64,000 bases of DNA from Convolutriloba macropyga (Eukaryota), in the NCBI RefSeq assembly GCF_964194025.1, contig NC_134476.1:23064001-23128000 (forward strand). Direction: 5' to 3'. A program made the position numbers and the translations under genes. Shown piece by piece: positions 38,766 through 51,602 of the stretch. The notes beneath the pieces were generated by a model. That model had not been told where the DNA came from. It saw nothing but the letters and a program-made list of their open reading frames with translations, and ran no database searches. How positions within the stretch are numbered: the stretch's first letter is position 1; every line of letters starts with the position of its first letter.

Positions 38766-40498
38766 TAGAGACAATTATGGTAAAATTCAATGAGCCATCG
38801 TTCAGGCTTTTTCCAGCAATTTCTACAACAGTTTATCCAGGCTATGAAATTTTTTTTCTTTTTAGCTTTTTTGTAATGTAAATTAACAAAAAAGGCATCT
38901 GTTATGACCAATTTTAATGACTATTTTTGGGGAAGTTTTCAGCAGTTTTGTTTTATGAAACTTTAGAGCTTTGATAATGGAAAAAAATTCATGGACTAGC
39001 TGTATCTCATTTACGCATTATTTCCGAACAAAAGTTTGTGATATGTTCAAAAAAACTAGAAGTTTCATTTTTTCCCATGTCCTGTTGAAGAGCGAGTCTG
39101 TCAGAAATCAAAACAAATTTAATGGAATATGATGTACAGAAAATTGTAACAATTAGCAAAAAAACAAAAAAGGAACAAAAGCCAATTTTGAAACAACTTT
39201 TCTATCGTTTCTACTGTTACTGATAACCACAGATAAGATTAATCAAAACATTCTCCTATTGCAAATTCCTATTACCAGAAAGGGATCGGACTGTGAAATC
39301 AGATTTGATTTCAGCGAATTCAGCTCAATAGTTTGAAAGGAAAAATTCAATAAAAAACGAAAGTTTAGTTCCTTTTCATTTTTATTGATCATTCCTTGCT
39401 GATCTGGTAGTTTTTCTTTTGCACTATTTGAAGCTCTCACAACCTTTTTTGTTTGTGATTGAATAATATATTTTTTAATAGGTCTCTACAGGTCCCGCCA
39501 ATAAATATTCTGCTCCTTTATACACATTTATTTTTCGCGAAAGATAATATTGTTGTGCAAAATAAATTGTCGGATTCTCTTATTTCTTACGCAGGTAGCA
39601 AAACTATATAGCATCAAATTTAGCATGATGACAACAATAAGATTGAAGCTTCTGGTTTCTTTTCTTTCGAAAAAATTATGCATAATCTCTGACGAAATTT
39701 TTTTTTGCCTTGATTTTTTCATGGTAAGTGGTTTTCAGAAAAATTTATGTCGAAGTTAGTCTTCTGATTTGGAAAACTACCACATGGTTATTAATTTTGT
39801 AAAGGCACAACAGTTGTTGATTTTTGATTTCAAATCAAGCAGTGAAAGCGCATGGATGCGAATCAAATGAATGTTAAGATTATAACCCTTATACTGTAAA
39901 GCAAGAGTACCGAACATATGAATACCGTATCAGTAAAAGTTATTCGTTTTTTCTAACAAAACAAGTTGCCCAATAAAAACATCTCGGGACAATTAGTTGC
40001 TTTCTAATGTCTATCGCATGGAGAAGACAAGTTCTTAGGCTGATATTTCATACGATTAACTTTGTTTTTGTATTAGTTCGGTGAGACGACACAAAGATAA
40101 TAATAGCCAATTTTTTAATACGCTGTGTCTGTCAATTTTACTGGTATGTGAGCGCTGAAAACAGACTATGGACTCTTGAGTTAGTTTTCCGCTTCCAAAT
40201 AATACAGTCACTCAATATCAAGTTCTTCGTTAACTTTCAATTTTTTATTCGAGGCAGTTTCTTTGACAACGCAGCTAAAAAAACATTTTTTTTTAGTTTG
40301 AAGCTGTTTGTTTCTCTTTCTTTGTTCTTATTTTGAGCTGAGATCATTTAAGAAAAGTGACCCATAATTTATTTAGAAGAAATAGCTTTATCGATACGTT
40401 TGTTCTGGAGCGCAGCTCTAATTGCTGCCCATTTCAATTTGAGGTTTATCCTCAATTTCCCTCAATATTTTGTATTTGTTAGTAAAACATAGCTATCT

Positions 40499-41087
40499 CC
40501 CTCCCGGACAAAACAGTCCCAGACAAAGCAGTCCCAAATTGCAAAATATTCCCAGACATAACAGTCCCAGACAAAATAATCCCGAAAAAACAGACAAAAT
40601 AGTCCCAGATAAAATAGTCCTAAACAAAATACTGAAACAATTGTACATATAATCTGCAAACAATTAACAAACATAATCTACGAGTTAAGCTTCTGAATGC
40701 ATTATTTTGAATTGATGTGAGTTAAAATTAAACCCGAAATTTTTGTTTCAAAGTTCATTATTTGACAAAAACTATGTTGTTATCAGCTTAATATTTGTAC
40801 AAAGAAATATGATCACATGAATAACCTAAGGGTTTTTTCCTTTAATTGATGTTCATATGTTTGACATTTAGTTCGAAGTGTTTTGCCTGGGACCGTTTTC
40901 TCTATTTTTTTCAGACTATTTTGTCTGGGACTGTTTTGTCTGGGAATATTTTGCGAATTGGGACTGTTTTTTCCGGGACAGTTTTGTCTGGGACTGTTTT
41001 GTCTGGGACTGATTTTTCTGGGACTGTTTTGTATGGGACTGTTTTGTCTGGGACTGTTTTGTATGCGACTGTTTTGTCTGGTCATCG
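40499..41087. mobile_element. Foldback-type MITE with inverted arrays of a 15-bp unit
   Basis: GACAAAACAGTCCCA repeats at 40507-40625 and the reverse complement at 40888-41082; GCTATCT on both flanks; another partial arm at ~41650-41716. Confidence 0.8.
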
Positions 41088-42878
41088 GCTATCTTGAACC
41101 TGGGTAAAAAATTTTTTCAGTTCAGCTCATTTTCTACTCATTTCCTGCAAAAATTCAACATTAAAAAATTTAAGTTTTTGGCTCAATTTGGCAGACTGGG
41201 GTGCTATATACATCGGCGAGCATCAAAAAAATGCATTGATGAAACGGCAAATCTTTTGATTGATACTTTTTGTTGATTCCTTAATGATTTTTAGTACATT
41301 CTTTGGTCTTGGATATAAGATTTCATCACGCTAATTCTGTTGCGAAATTCAAATCGGTTTCCATTTTTTTACAACCCTCTTTTGCACACCATTTAACAAA
41401 GAAACATTTTAATTTATTCCTAGATTGTGTTTTATTGAACAAATATTAAGCTCACTACAACATAGATTTTGCCAATTAATGTATATTGGAACAAGTTTTG
41501 GTTTAATCCTGATTCATATCAATTAAAAACAATGCATTCAGAAGCATAATTCACAGGGTATGCTAGATAGTTGTTCGTAGATGATGCTTACAATTGTTTC
41601 TACAATTATTTGGGACCAAATTGTTTGATTTTATTGGACCCTTTTCACTAAGACTGTTTTGTCTGGGAATATTTTGCAATTTGGGACTGTTTTGCTTGGG
41701 ACTGTTTTTTCTGGACTCGGTTCAACAACAGTGTGTTAAAACTTAAAAACTTTCCAAATCGTTCAAATGAAACAAATTTCAAATACCCGAAGAAATAGAG
41801 AAAATCTGTTTGCTCAAAAAATCTTTTCCTTCTTAATATGTTTATCATTACGTTATAATATTTTCGAACGCAATTTTTTTGGGACCAGTAAGCTCATGTT
41901 GCAGCAAATTGATAACAAAAGTCAATTGAACACAATTTTGAATTTCAAGGCTTGTTTTGCCAGTTTTCTTAGCTTAACATTCAAATTTTGAAAAAAAAAA
42001 TCTTTCCGGACTTTCCTTAGTTTTGCTTTTAAATTGCTATCGAGCCAGAAAATAGGCACAAATTAAACAGAAAAAAATTACAATCAAGCATTGATTTAAA
42101 AGTTTCCTCTTTGACAAAAATAAAAATTAAACTCTTCAAGTAATTTTGAAGCAGAAATTTAATTTTTGCTCATTTCATTGCTTTTTGTATAAGAATTTCA
42201 TTCAAAAACTGTCATCACTATTATTGCAGAATTTCTTGGCGTATGAGATAACAACTTTCATAAGCTGCTGAGACCTTATATTTAAGTTTTAAGTCAAATG
42301 TTGTTTTTGATAGTTGCCAACAGGTTGGCAAAATCTTCAAATTTTTCTTCTTGTGTCTATGAGAACGAATTTATTTTAAGACTATCACCTCCATTTCCTT
42401 AAAATGCCGACGATCGATCAAAAAATTTGAAGTAAAATAATAATGTAAATTGAATAGACCAAGATGGGCTTTATTCAAGCTGTTTTAACTTCTCAATTAT
42501 AGCTTCCTTATGGATGAGTTGGTACACGAAGAGGGACCATCGATCCTCCTCGTCTCATTAATATTGATTGGTAGCACGCTATTTTATAGGTAAGTTAATA
42601 GAATGTCATAAATGGCTCCAGTGCGCTCGCGTCAGTATTTCATTCCTTTCTTTGCAAAAAAACTTTCTGACAAATTTTTAGGTTAAGTGGTTCCAGTATA
42701 ATTCATTAAAATTTTCAAAATTAGAGTTATTTTGCGATTTTAAAATATTTTAAAGTTTATAAGTTGGCGTGGGTCTCAAATTACAGATATCCTTCGTGTT
42801 ATGGAGAGACGAGCAGATAACTATCTTGAATTCATGATGAAGACAAATACAAATTGATAATATATTTTTTAAAATATC

Positions 42879-43091
42879 GGATCTTTTCCGTTTGTGCCCC
42901 CCAGATTAGTGGGCGCATATTATTTGCACCCCCCCCCCCCCCCCCCGACGCACGTGCAATATTTTTACATAATGATTTACTATGTAATGGCTCGTGCTCT
43001 GTAACTGGGGGGGCGCATAACGTACTGGGGGGGGGGGGGGCGCATAACGTACTGGGGGGGGGGGGGGGGGGGGCACAAACGGAAAAGATCC
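42879..43091. mobile_element. MITE with 24-bp perfect TIR and 8-bp TSD (Merlin-like)
   Basis: GGATCTTTTCCGTTTGTGCCCCCC / GGGGGGCACAAACGGAAAAGATCC; AAAATATC at 42871-42878 and 43092-43099. Confidence 0.92.
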
Positions 43092-43616
43092 AAAATATCA
43101 ATCATAATCAATTTACGCGGGAACAGGTTTCACGGAGAAAAACTGTAAGATATGCAGTCTTGGGTCGAAATGTCAGCGCCGTTTCTGCACATAATTTTTG
43201 TTGAGAAATGAGCTGAATGTGCCAGAATTATGCAGGAAATTTGCTGAATGCACTGAAATGTTGAGAAGGCGCTAAAATTTTAAAATTTCAGCTCATCTTC
43301 ATCGCATTTCTTTCATAATTTCAGTGCATTTTCAGCGCATTTCTTACAACGTTTTAGCGCAAATTCAGCGCATCCGAATAATAGTTTATTTTTCACTGCT
43401 CTCACAGCAAATCTTCCAAAAATAATAGCGGTAAAGTTTCTTTCACCGCTTAAGCGGTCAAAAAGTTTTAGCGGTTAGCTTTGGTTAGTCTTATAATTTT
43501 CTTAGTAGCTTTTGCAGTCACCGCTGATCGAACGCTAAAAGCGCATTTTTTCAACCATTCACCACAATTAACATTTTTGTTATTTTTAGCGTTAGCACCT
43601 CGACCCTTGTAGGAAT

Positions 43617-44487
43617 CTATCTCCAACTCTCACATGCAAAAGCGAGATCACCCTGGTCTTTATAGTCATGTAAAAACACACCATTATATCGTCTAATTGC
43701 TATCACACAGGGCTCGTGGCCATCCACCCCGTTGGGTTCATTGTGGTCCCAAGGGATCATTCCATTCACGTTATTGCCCTCCATATCTTGCCAAAACCCG
43801 TTTGAATAGTTGCTAACACCAACCCAAAAATTATGCCCGCCAAAATGATTGGAAACAATGGTCATCAGTAACTGATCAGCTTGCCCGAAGAAAAGATGAT
43901 ATTTATCGCTCGCCGTGAAAACCATTTCATCACAGAATATAGCGGCGGCGGCTCGGTTCGCGTGGTGAAGTCCAAAAACTACTGTTTCTGATTTTCGGCC
44001 AATGGAGCAATCGTCTGTTTTGCCGCCATGGGTATCGCCAATGCATTCTCTTAGCCGGTTGATTCCACTAAATTCACCGCTAGAGATAGATTCAGGATCG
44101 CTCCACTCGGTCCAGTGAGCATCGGTTCGCTTTGGGTTAATTGCACACTTACCGGGACTGAGATCATTTTGAATACTTTTGATCATTCCGTTTTCGTAAC
44201 ATATAGGTTGAACAAATTTTGTCATTCCGACATAAACGCATCTTGGTGCGTTTTTCAAACGGTCAGTCGGGTCTGTAAAGCTGTTTGTTCCTTTTGTGTG
44301 ATAAACATTGTGAATATCTCGAGAGTTCAGCTCGCATATTTGAACAACACTACAATAATTAAAAGATTTGCAAGCTGGAATTAGTAGACATACTTTTGCA
44401 CAGTCCAGAAACCGATATTGATATCTTTTCGAAATTATTGTTGTCACCAATCTTTTGTTGTTGTGAATTTCGTCGAAGATAGTAAAT
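43617..44487 (-). CDS. PAN/apple + TSP1-like + C-type lectin protein, paralog of 16779-17637 (terminal exon)
   Basis: Shares CKSFN.C, PGKCAIN.KRTDAHWTEW, HLFFGQ.DQ, FWVGV, EPNG, RYNGVF.HD, FACESW; probable acceptor TTTTAAAACAG| at 44488. Confidence 0.85.
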
Positions 44488-47400
44488 CTGTTTTAAAAGG
44501 TTTAGAAATTGACATGCGGGCTAATGTTCATCAAATAAGCAGATTTTTAGCTTTGACTTTAAAAAACTCATCTTACGTGGTCAGCATCTTAGTAAAAGTC
44601 AAGCTTAAATTCTTTTGATGGACTATTTGAGTCAAGCACAGTCTGTTCATGCCATTTTATGGACGCTCGATGTCTTTTTTATGAAGAATTTTGTATTTTC
44701 GCCGTTAGAAGGTTTTCTGGCTGTGGGCTGGCTAGCGCCCAAAACTTTATCAACATTCCGAAAGATAGGTATGGTGGTTCGTCTAGTTGTTGTGAGCGTT
44801 CTGTTCTGCCCCCAAAAGGGTTACTCTCTCGACTTCAAAAAAGCACTCTGGATAATTGATTAGGTATTTATCAATAATTGTCATACCAGCGACCGGTAAG
44901 GTCATAGCCAGAAACATATAATTGAATAACTTCATCAATCCAAGAGCAAATTTAATATAAAAACTAATTAAAGATTCACTCCAGCTCAAACCAATTCAAT
45001 CTATCTATCTGCAAGTCTCCAAAATTTAGTTAATTAACTTCTCAGGTCAGAAACCTCTAACAAATGCTGCCTTCCAGTTGCTCCATCCTCTCAACTAACA
45101 ATTTCGGCTACGTTTGCAGTTTCAGTCACCGCAATTAAGCAAAGATGTTCTTAAACAAAGAACTCACTATGTCCCTCAAATGTTCTCCTCCTGAGAACTA
45201 ACTACTCCGCTCGAGCGTGTGTTTCCTTTATTTTATTCGATCCTGCTTGTTCTCGATCTCTTCCGCGTTCTTCCCCCGAATGATGAGTTTTCTTGTGCTT
45301 AGAGATACTCACCCTTTTCAGATTTTATGAGCGAAAATTAGCGTGTCGTATAAATTAGAACATTTTGAGCTCAGGAATATGTGCTATGATGGGTGTAGAA
45401 GGTCAATCACGTGATGCAATTTATCCTGTATGTGTTTGCTCAAGTCCACCGGAGTTTCGTTGTCCAATTATTTTCTTTTTTTTCAGGATTCAAAGACCAC
45501 GTTTTATGTTTCACCATCCCAGTGCAAGCACATCCATGCTTGCCTATACCCGCTTCTTCCCAAGTTGTGGACACTTGTCCAATTCTTCCAGTGAGTACCC
45601 CGCCTCCACTTAGTAGGTAGCAGAGTTTGCCATTCAAAAAACCCAGCTTTTCCCCTGATGATCACATTAACCAAAGTTGCAAAAACTCAGTACTTCCGAC
45701 TTCTTCTTCTTTGTGGGATATTGCCAGCAATGATACATTGAAATTGAAAGGTTGTCAGGTTGAATGTTATACGTTTGGGCGGGTTTTTTTTAAAAAAATA
45801 CTATGATTGTTGTAGAAAGGTTGTTTCTTACACGAAAGTCAAAAAAACTTTTAGTTAAGTTTTCTTTTCTTTTGGTTAAAAAAACAATCTTTGGTTACCG
45901 GAAATACCCTCTGTTTCTTTAATTGCGTGCGCAAATATCATTAAAGTCACCAGTTAAAATATCAAGCCAATTGGGCGAGAGGAAGTAACGTTTTAAAGAT
46001 TTGAGGCTGGGGTCATGAAATTTCAGACACCTAGATTTTTAACGAATAAATTTATCCCTGCCAAAAATTCTTCTAAACCACCTTTATATTCTTCTCCACG
46101 TTTCAATCTAGTTGCAAGAAGACTTCTAAGCAAAAATTAGTCCTGCCTCAAACATCAAATTTGATTCGTGAATGGTTAACTCCACGCAAACCGTGACTCC
46201 AGAACTTTTAGATTTTACAAAGTTTCTACCATTGTGCAACCAAAATGAAGCCTTTTCTTCAAAAATAGATTTTCTTTACTCTAGGGTTAGAAAAACATTA
46301 ATAAAATTCCTTTGCTTTGACTAAGTTTGTAAGTAGACACTTTGTTTTTCCCACGAACTACCTCATATATTTAACTGACTGACCCATATTGAATATAAGG
46401 ACTCCAAAAATAAATTGTCACAAGATTTTTACCGCATTTATTCCGCAATCCAAAATCCCTCCAAAATAATCACTATAAAAGTTTAAACGAAATTTGCTAG
46501 CAATTTTGATCCAAAACTATCACTATATAAACGAACAAACAATATTTTTATTCTCTTTATTTTTAACATCAATTCTTCAAGCACTTCTTTGAACAGACTT
46601 TTAGCCTTGTCGTGGAGCCACGCATGCTTGACTCTTCTATATAAAACCCAGCATCCTGTCAAGATACCCCATGAAAAAATCATTTTTTCAATGACTACCA
46701 AAAATCTTTGCTGCAACAATGTCCGGTACAAATTCATTTGTTAAACATTTTTCAAAGGTTTAGTTTGCTTTCTTTCTCACCGAATAAAGATTTTCACGAA
46801 AAACCTTCTCATTTCTAGTTCAATTTAAATCGTTCTCTTTGGTGTTCATTAGTTGCCAGTAAATAGTTTTCTTTTTTCTTGTACAAAACCAAAATTGGCC
46901 AACAAGTTCCTAAACACGCAATTTTAATGTATCTATTTTTTGCCGTCCTTTTTTGTCTACTAGATAACCCATCATATTTTTCTTTAAAACTTCATTTAGT
47001 CTCACCCAATAAACCCTTATTTAAGGGGAACAAACAATTAAATTTTCAAATCTATTGGGTTTTTAGATTTTCAGTTTAAATGTTTTCGTGAAGATTTCCC
47101 AACTGAAACTACCTTGGTTTTTGCAAAGTTTTTTTTTGTGTCTGCGGTAATTAATATGGTTTTTGTGCATACAATAATCTCTGTAGTTCATTCTTTGTCT
47201 TTCTGCCAATCTAATGATTTCGCAAAACAAATTTGTTTTTTTGTTTGTTTGGCAAATAAGAACTGGTTTTCACTCCAACTTATACTGCTCAAGTTCGTTC
47301 AATTTGTTTACTTAGTAAGTATGTTCAATATTAGCTCCAAAGTTAAGCAAACTAATCAATCACTCATAATCAAAATTTCTAACAATTATTGGTTCATATG

Positions 47401-50400
47401 CTTAGAATTTAACTATTCAAACCCAATTCCACTTTATAAATCGAAGCCTAACGGGTAGCTCTGCTAGTCTATTATCAATTATCAGGAATTGATTCAAACG
47501 CCAAAATCAAATAGCAGTAAGGAGTTTCAATAGAATCAAATTTTGTTCTCGGCCAAGTTTCTATTGGAAAACTCAAAAGATTTTTTAAAGAAAGGAAGTT
47601 TTGGGAATTCATCGAGAAGCTAAAAAATTGAAATATAAATTGGAAGAGTTTTTCGCGACTCGTTTTTTAGGAGTTGTCCAAGAATTGCTTCAGAAATTCA
47701 AAAAAAAACGATATAAAATACATTCGGAGAGTTGAATGAAAATTTTTACCAATAAAACACCTGTTTCTTTTTTTTTGAGGATGAACAATCGGTAGAAACG
47801 TTTTTACCTTTAATTTTTCTGAAACGAAGAAAAGGATTTTAAGGTGTAAAAAAATCGTCAAAAAAAATTGTTTCGAAAAAATTTATTTTGTTGTCATCTG
47901 TTTTCATTGGTTGCGTGCTCTCTAACTGATTCAGAGTTTTCTTTGTTTGAAATTTTTTTTATCTGATTTAATACTTGAATTTTGTTTGATTTCTTAAGTT
48001 CTTAACTTTTTACCTCTTTTTTCAGTTTCTGTAATTATGGTTTTCAACAAGAGTTAAGCTTTCTGTCACTGTTTTGCTCACCATTGTTTGTATTGAGGAA
48101 ACAAATTTGTCACGAACAATTTTCTTGAATTAAAGACCATGAGTTAAATTATGTGGCATGCAACCGCTCTACTTAACCATTTTTAACTTATCTTGCCTTT
48201 TAATGTTTGTATTATGAAATGCCTGGAGATATAATTGAAGATTTTTGGCTTTTAAAGAGAGTAGAAATAAAGCTAAGCAATTGATGGATGCGGCGTTTTA
48301 CGTAGCATGGGCTGCTTAACGTGCGTTTTCACCAAAAAAAACTCTTAATTAACAATTGTTTTTTAAAATTAATTTGTGAAGAGTCGGGCTCTCTTAAGAT
48401 TTCAACGCCTTGTGTCCTCTGATCCAGTTTTAACTGTTACAGTTGAGGAAAGCAGGCCTAATTACGTTTGAATATGGCAACTTTTGGATTGAAATCTGTA
48501 TTTTTCAACTTGCAAGTCTAATGATATTGGCTTTGTTTGCGCTCGACAAAAATTGACCAGATGACCAGAGCTTCTGCTCATGCTATGTCTAATTATTTTA
48601 TGCACTATTTGTTCTGAAATTTAAATCTAACATAAACAATATTTCGTTTTGTTGTACATTTTTTTGCCATCCTTTGATTTTTTTAGTACTGAATTTCCCG
48701 TAGAGTTTATATACGTGCTCCTCAGATGCACGCGCCTTTACAAATTCACGTTAGTTACCCAGGTTGAGGTGCACGACCCTTAAATCAGCTCTGATCAGGC
48801 CCACTTGGGTCACAAACAGGGGGGTAAAGCGTGACCCGGCAACAGTCCGACAGCAAGTATACGGTCTGGGAAGTCTGATCATGGCCGCATCCAAACTCTG
48901 AACGATCTGATCGGAGCGCCGTCAAGAATCTGGTAAAATGGTCATCAGGATAGTATTAACAGAGCACATTCCAGAGTAGCTAAGTCTGGCGCCTCCTATG
49001 CGCGACGCAAGTTGGTCTAATCAGATCCAGTTTCCATCTGGTATGATCAGATATGATGGCTTGGGATGCGCGCCTTGGTTTGGATAGTTCAATTTAATTA
49101 ACATAAAAAAGCTTCGCTCAGAAATAGCAGTTTTGAGTAACCTACCTGTTCGCTAACATCGGCAGAACGATTGAATTAAGTATCCCCGACAACAAAATCA
49201 TAAAAATTAAGATGTGCATGGCGATTTGAAGCATTTCAATGCTTCTTTTAGATTTTAGGTTTCCAAATTTTGGTAGATTTTTCAACAAAGTTACCGCTGA
49301 ACTCAATATTTAAATATATTATATAAGCTTCATAGCTCGTAAGAGTTTGAAAGCAAAACTGTAGATCAAAGTATATCGATTGAAAGTCTGATGAAATGCT
49401 CAATGGCATCAAAATTTCCTGTAGCCGAATAATTGCTGATTAATATTTCAGTTTGCTTCATCAATTTATATTATACTATAATAACAGACTTAAATGCCAG
49501 GTACGCCCGCATTGGAACAATTGAGATAAAAATTGATTTTATAGCGGTTTTCATTTTAAAAATGTTATCAACAAAATCCCTTCTACGGCCTCAATCTGGG
49601 ACCATTTTAACGATTTAAATCCTCTTAAATCCATTTACTTATGTTGAAAAAAATGGATTATAGTCGTTTAGAGAACATTTGAAATGGATTTAAATTGAGC
49701 TACGAAAACTCCCTTAAATAGATTATTATCTCCGCTCAGTGAAAACCGATATATTTTTAATTTTAAATTAACATTTCAATTATTTTTAAAGTTTTAATTT
49801 AGAGTTTCAAGTCCATCAGTTTTCCATCAGTTTCAGTCCTTCCGCTCCATGTGATATCTTCGCAACAGCAAGTCCATCGGCTCAACAGGTGCCCAGATGA
49901 AGAAACTGAAGATCTGCATCCAAAAGAGAGAACAAAATGCTGTGAAACGTTGAAAATTTTTCAAATAGTGTAAAATTAGCAAATTTTTTGATCAAATAAT
50001 GGATTTTCGACAATTTTTCGGCTATTTGTTCGTTTTTCGGACCTATTTTTGAATAATTTTCGTATATTTTTGAAGGGGTTGACTTACTTTTGTCCCGTTT
50101 TTTTGGAGATCGTTTGCCTGAAATCAAGGGATAACTGAATTAGTTGAATTGAAACTCAAAAATCCAATTTGAGCTAACCGATTTTTGGTCTTTGGGAGAT
50201 GAATATTTGGGCTGTGATGTTGTAAATCTCCAATTTGAATCTTGAAAGAAAACATTTTGCGAAGCCAAAAAATAATGTAAAAAATTTGTTGAATTGACAT
50301 TTTAAACTATCAAATTTGGCTGGGCTGCTACAGATCACACAATACGGGATCTCTTTATGTATGCCAGTCAAACTTGACAAAAGATATAACAAATCGAAGG

Positions 50401-50521
50401 CAAAGATATATGCCTAAGACCTGTCTGTGCTATAAGTCTCAATTTAAAATAGTTGGGGGGCTGAAAGTATTAAATTTATAAAAGAGTAAATATAAAATTA
50501 CAGCTTACTAATTACCAGTTG

Positions 50522-51410
50522 TGTAGTGAAGAATTGGAGGTGAGCTGTTGGGCGATCGTTCACTTGGGTGTTTCTTCAGTTATGTTATTTGTCGAAAAAG
50601 AAAGTTATAAAATTAAATCTGGAATTATTAGTCTAAGTTATTAAACAATTTTGTTCGACTATTTTATTGTTAAAGTGAAGTTAAATTTTGAGAAAAATGA
50701 AAGCAGTTGTCTGCTGCTTGTTTCTGGGAGTGATTTCTGGTTCTCTAATTTTATTCCGTCCCACTTCGCTGAGAGAAACAATTAATTCCTCTCAGCTCCG
50801 TTTGGGCCGATAGGGAGCGAATCACAAACTCACGTTCATAGTGAGGTGCTTCTTAATTTTCCTATTGGCCGAGAAGGCAAGAGAATTAACTCTTTTTTAT
50901 CTCACGGAAAAAATATTGAAACTCCAAAAAATAATAAAAATCTAAAAAGCTGAGAGCATCAATTATTGATTTCGTAGGCGCCTGTTTTCTGCTTTTCCCC
51001 TCTTCTAAAACCGCAACAATTATGGTTTTCTTGGGGGCTTTTTATGAGACTCTATTGTCTTTTCCCCTGAAGCAATCTGCTTCATCTTTATTGAAATTGG
51101 GGGAAAAGATCTGCATTGCAACTGTCAAAAGCAGAAGTAATTTAAATCAAAAGAAACTGTGGTTTTACAGGCCGCCTACGTTCAACAATGTACATTTTCT
51201 ATCCTGGATATAAGCGAGGAGATCCAGGCCTAAAGTTGTGTTATTTAAATAAGTCGAACTGAGTTGTTTAAATACTCGTGTACTGGTAGTCTTAACAAGC
51301 GTTAGTTTGTTTAGCGCGCGGCGAAAGAATGGTTAATTAGCGCCTAAATACGTTCGCTCTAATGCGGGATTAATTGTCCGCTCATTTGTAACGGCTCTCT
51401 TAATACTACA
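50522..51410 (-). repeat. Putative 3' LTR (889 bp)
   Basis: Starts TGTAGT immediately after the purine tract on the minus strand and ends ACTACA (6-bp terminal inverted repeat); partner LTR not in window, so the far end is inferred. Confidence 0.8.
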
Positions 51411-51427
51411 CCTCACCCCGATTTTTA
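51411..51427 (-). promoter_or_regulatory. Polypurine tract
   Basis: Minus strand TAAAAATCGGGGTGAGG abutting TGTAGT. Confidence 0.8.
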
Positions 51428-51602
51428 AGATAGAAAAGAAAATGATTAAAAAAAAAGAAATATATTGCATCGTATATAATTTTATTGCGTTTGGAACATA
51501 TAAATGAGTTACTACAAGTTCAGATAGTTATGAAATTAATCGCAAAGGGCGATAATGGTATGCTATAAAATTAATCGCAAAGGGCGATAATGTTGTGCTG
51601 TA

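Noticed and set aside
40462-41107. ORFs with RQNSP / GTVLS / LFCLG repeats
   Set aside because: By-product of a stop-free 15-bp DNA repeat open in several frames on both strands
45365-50400. Scattered 60-115-aa ORFs in AT-rich DNA
   Set aside because: F/L/K/I-rich, many with non-ATG starts, no motifs, paralogs or convincing splice structure
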